Assembly (NCBI GenBank): GCA_963782055.1
Contig: CAWAIF010000003.1
Location: forward strand, 2,336,001-2,400,000
Source of the DNA: an uncultured delta proteobacterium
GTDB lineage: Bacteria > Myxococcota_A > Polyangia > Polyangiales > Polyangiaceae
Length of the DNA: 64,000 bases
Direction of reading: 5' to 3'
The position numbers were made by a program, and so were the translations under genes. Positions 61,821 to 64,000 of the stretch are shown here, one piece after another (the stretch's first letter is position 1; each line of letters opens with the position of its first letter). A model generated the notes under the pieces. That model did not search any database and was not told the DNA's origin. It saw nothing but the letters and a program-made list of their open reading frames with translations.

Positions 61821-61882
61821 TCTCCCCGCCCGTCAGTCCGCCCAGGGTGGGAGGAGGCCGGACATCTACCTCAGCCGCGCAC

Positions 61883-61909
61883 CAAAATTCATCCTCCGGT
61901 TGAATTTTG
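61883..61909. promoter_or_regulatory. AT-rich perfect inverted repeat (probable operator)
   Basis: CAAAATTCA-N9-TGAATTTTG, about 70 nt upstream of the vWA gene. Confidence 0.65.
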
Positions 61910-61978
61910 CATCCTGACTGTCGGCTCGCGGCACACAGTTACGTGACGGGCGGCAGGCCCGACGCGAGGAGGCTGGCG

Positions 61979-63046
61979 ATGGGCTGGGTCAAATGGGCAG
62001 TGGGTAGCAGTCTCGTCGTGGCGTCCCTGGTCGCGTGCGGCTCGGCCGACGACACAGGAGGCATCGGCGCGAACGGCGACGGCGGCACCGGCGGCGACAC
62101 CTCGACGACCAACCCCTTCGGTGGGGATGCCGGCGGCGTCGACAGCGGCAACCTCAACGAGTGCGCCTCCTCCTCGGCGACGCCCACGCCCATCCCCGTC
62201 AACCTCATCTTCATGTTCGACAAGTCGGGCAGCATGGGCCAGTCGTCCAAGTGGACGTCGTGCGCGGCCGGCCTCAAGGGCTTCTTCGCCGACCCGAACT
62301 CGAAGGGCCTCAACGCGTCGCTGCAGTTCTTCGGGCTCAACCCCGAGTGCACCTCGGCCACCTACCAGAAGCCTGCCGTCGCGCTCTCGCCGCTGCCCGA
62401 CTCCAAGAACTTCGCCACCGCCATCACCGCGACGTCGCCCGGCGGCGGTACGCCGACGCTCCCCGCCATCCAGGGCGCCATCGCCTACGGGCAGCAGGTC
62501 GCCGTGCAGCATCCGGGAGAGAAGGTGGCCATCGTGCTGGTCACCGACGGCCAGCCCAACGATTGCAGCAGCTCGGTCAAGAACGTCTCCGCCGCCGCCA
62601 AGGCGGTGGCCGCCACCATCCCGACCTATGTCATCGGCGTGGGCAGCGCCGTCAGCAACCTCGACACCATCGCCGCGGCCGGCGGGACGACCAAGGCCAT
62701 CATCGTCCCGACGAACAACCCGCAGCAGATCGTCACCGACTTCGAGAAGGCCCTCGACGCCATCCGCGGGGACACGCTCGCCTGCGAGTACAAGATCCCG
62801 CCGCCCCCCAACGGCGACACCCTCGACTTCGGCAAGGTCAACGTGGTCTTCACCCCGACCAACAAGTCGCCGGTGACGCTCCCCTACAGCCAGGACTGCA
62901 GCGATCCCAACGGCTGGAAGTACGACGACCCCAAGGCGCCGACGAAGATCCTGCTCTGCTCCGGCCTCTGCAACACCGTCCAGTCGGACAAGAGCGGCAA
63001 GATCGAGCTGGTGTTCGGCTGCAAGACCAACGGGCAGGTCAACTAG
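61979..63046 (+). CDS. vWA-domain lipoprotein (CglB-like architecture)
   Basis: Lipobox LVAC; MIDAS DKSGS, GGTPT, LVTDG.P; Cys-rich C-terminal domain. Confidence 0.85.
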   Translation: MGWVKWAVGSSLVVASLVACGSADDTGGIGANGDGGTGGDTSTTNPFGGDAGGVDSGNLNECASSSATPTPIPVNLIFMFDKSGSMGQSSKWTSCAAGLKGFFADPNSKGLNASLQFFGLNPECTSATYQKPAVALSPLPDSKNFATAITATSPGGGTPTLPAIQGAIAYGQQVAVQHPGEKVAIVLVTDGQPNDCSSSVKNVSAAAKAVAATIPTYVIGVGSAVSNLDTIAAAGGTTKAIIVPTNNPQQIVTDFEKALDAIRGDTLACEYKIPPPPNGDTLDFGKVNVVFTPTNKSPVTLPYSQDCSDPNGWKYDDPKAPTKILLCSGLCNTVQSDKSGKIELVFGCKTNGQVN

Positions 63047-63689
63047 CCGCGGCCGGGAGCGACAGCTCGAAGCTCGCCCCCTTCTGCGCCGGCGCCAGCG
63101 TCAGCGTCCCGCCGTGCGCGACGGCGATCCGCCGCGCGAGGGCGAGGCCCAGGCCGGTGCCTCCTTCCCGTCCGGTGACCAGCGGCTCGAAGAGGTGCTC
63201 GCGCAACGCCTCGGGCACCCCCGGACCGTCGTCGGAGATGCGGATCACGGTGGGTGTGCCCGCCACGACGCGGGTGGTCACCTCGGCCGCGCGCGGCGCC
63301 GCCACCTGGATGGCGTTCTCGTAGAGGACGCGGAGGACGCGCGCCAGCAGCACCGGGTTGCCGCGGACGCGGACGTCCCCCACCTCGTCCACCCAGCGCG
63401 CCTCGCCGGGGAGGTCCGCCCGCGCCTCGGCCACGAGGTCGGCCAGGGCCACCTCCTCCCCCCGCACCGCCTCCCCTCGCGCGAGCGCCATCAAGGCGTC
63501 CACCACCCCCTGCGCGGTGCGCGCGTGCCGCTCGATCTTCGCCACGTGGGGGTCGCGCTCCCGCGCGGCCCGCAGCACGTAGGCGCTCGCGGCGATGACG
63601 GCCAGGGCGTTCCGGAGCTCGTGCGCCGCCTCCGCAGCCACTTCCCCCACCGCCGCCAGGCGCTCCAGCCGCTCCCGATCCCCTTTCAC
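63039..63689 (-). CDS. Minimal cytoplasmic histidine kinase (HisKA + HATPase)
   Basis: AAHELRNAL, ENAIQ, DDGPGV, GTGLGLAL. Confidence 0.85.
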   Translation of the reverse strand: MKGDRERLERLAAVGEVAAEAAHELRNALAVIAASAYVLRAARERDPHVAKIERHARTAQGVVDALMALARGEAVRGEEVALADLVAEARADLPGEARWVDEVGDVRVRGNPVLLARVLRVLYENAIQVAAPRAAEVTTRVVAGTPTVIRISDDGPGVPEALREHLFEPLVTGREGGTGLGLALARRIAVAHGGTLTLAPAQKGASFELSLPAAAS

Positions 63690-63767
63690 AGGGGTTTCAT
63701 AGCACGGCGAGCCTCGTCGCTCTTTGTCCCATAGGCCGGGAAAACAGGCTACGGTATGCTCCGTCCA

Positions 63768-64000
63768 GTGGCCTCGATGCGCCCTGTCCCCAACGAATCG
63801 AAAATTCCCGTCGGGACTCTGCTCGTCGGCAAGTACAAGGTGACGCGAGAGATCGGCCGCGGCGGCATGGCTGCCGTCTACGAGGCCGAGCAGATGGCGC
63901 TCGGCAAGAAGGTCGCCATCAAGATCCTGGCGAGCGAGCTGTCCAACTCGAACATCGTCATCGAGCGCTTCTTCCGGGAAGCCCGCGCCGCCGCCAGCGT
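63768..64000 (+). CDS. Hanks-type Ser/Thr protein kinase (partial, runs off window)
   Basis: GKYKVTREIGRGGMAAVYEA...VAIKIL...ERFFREARAAA; TATGCT 7 nt before the GTG. Confidence 0.9.
   Translation, partial: MASMRPVPNESKIPVGTLLVGKYKVTREIGRGGMAAVYEAEQMALGKKVAIKILASELSNSNIVIERFFREARAAAS

Noticed and set aside
1..64000. tRNA, rRNA, CRISPR arrays, intact transposases/integrases, anti-phage defence genes
   Set aside because: None recognised by eye. Small RNAs and riboswitches cannot be excluded without covariance-model searches.

Overview
Very GC-rich bacterial DNA, most likely Myxococcota/Polyangiales. This is inferred from four Hanks-type Ser/Thr kinase genes or fragments, kinase-TPR/PEGA modules, many lipoproteins with Asp-Ala-Gly-rich linkers and many sigma-54 promoters. 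1-3.8 kb is a mosaic of truncated genes (hybrid histidine kinase, alpha/beta hydrolase, sigma-54 activator, Dps, HATPase) around an intact family 1 encapsulin plus ferritin-like cargo pair. 3.8-9 kb holds a methyltransferase, two secreted carbohydrate-active-looking lipoproteins and a truncated kinase. 9.3-17.4 kb is a kdpFABCDE operon with an extra 26-aa hydrophobic ORF upstream and a frameshifted kdpC. 17.4-21.3 kb is small lipoproteins. 21.5-44.3 kb is an apparent sigma-54-controlled stress/energy island: zwf, a ~2800-aa glucan synthase/phosphorylase, USP, phosphoketolase, PPK2, a P3A-type H+-ATPase with a DUF2934-like tail, an internally deleted radical SAM gene, GlsB, OsmC and a second USP. 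44.4-64 kb holds an SDR, a beta-lactamase-like/DUF1343 fusion, two kinase-TPR/PEGA-lipoprotein modules each flanked by a copy of a structured repeat, LysR/DoxX, a vWA lipoprotein and others. Window-wide patterns are many deletion scars, three +1 frameshifts at or next to GATC, and frequent leaderless start geometry. No rRNA, tRNA, CRISPR array or intact transposase was recognised. All calls come from motif recognition by eye; no database search was run.
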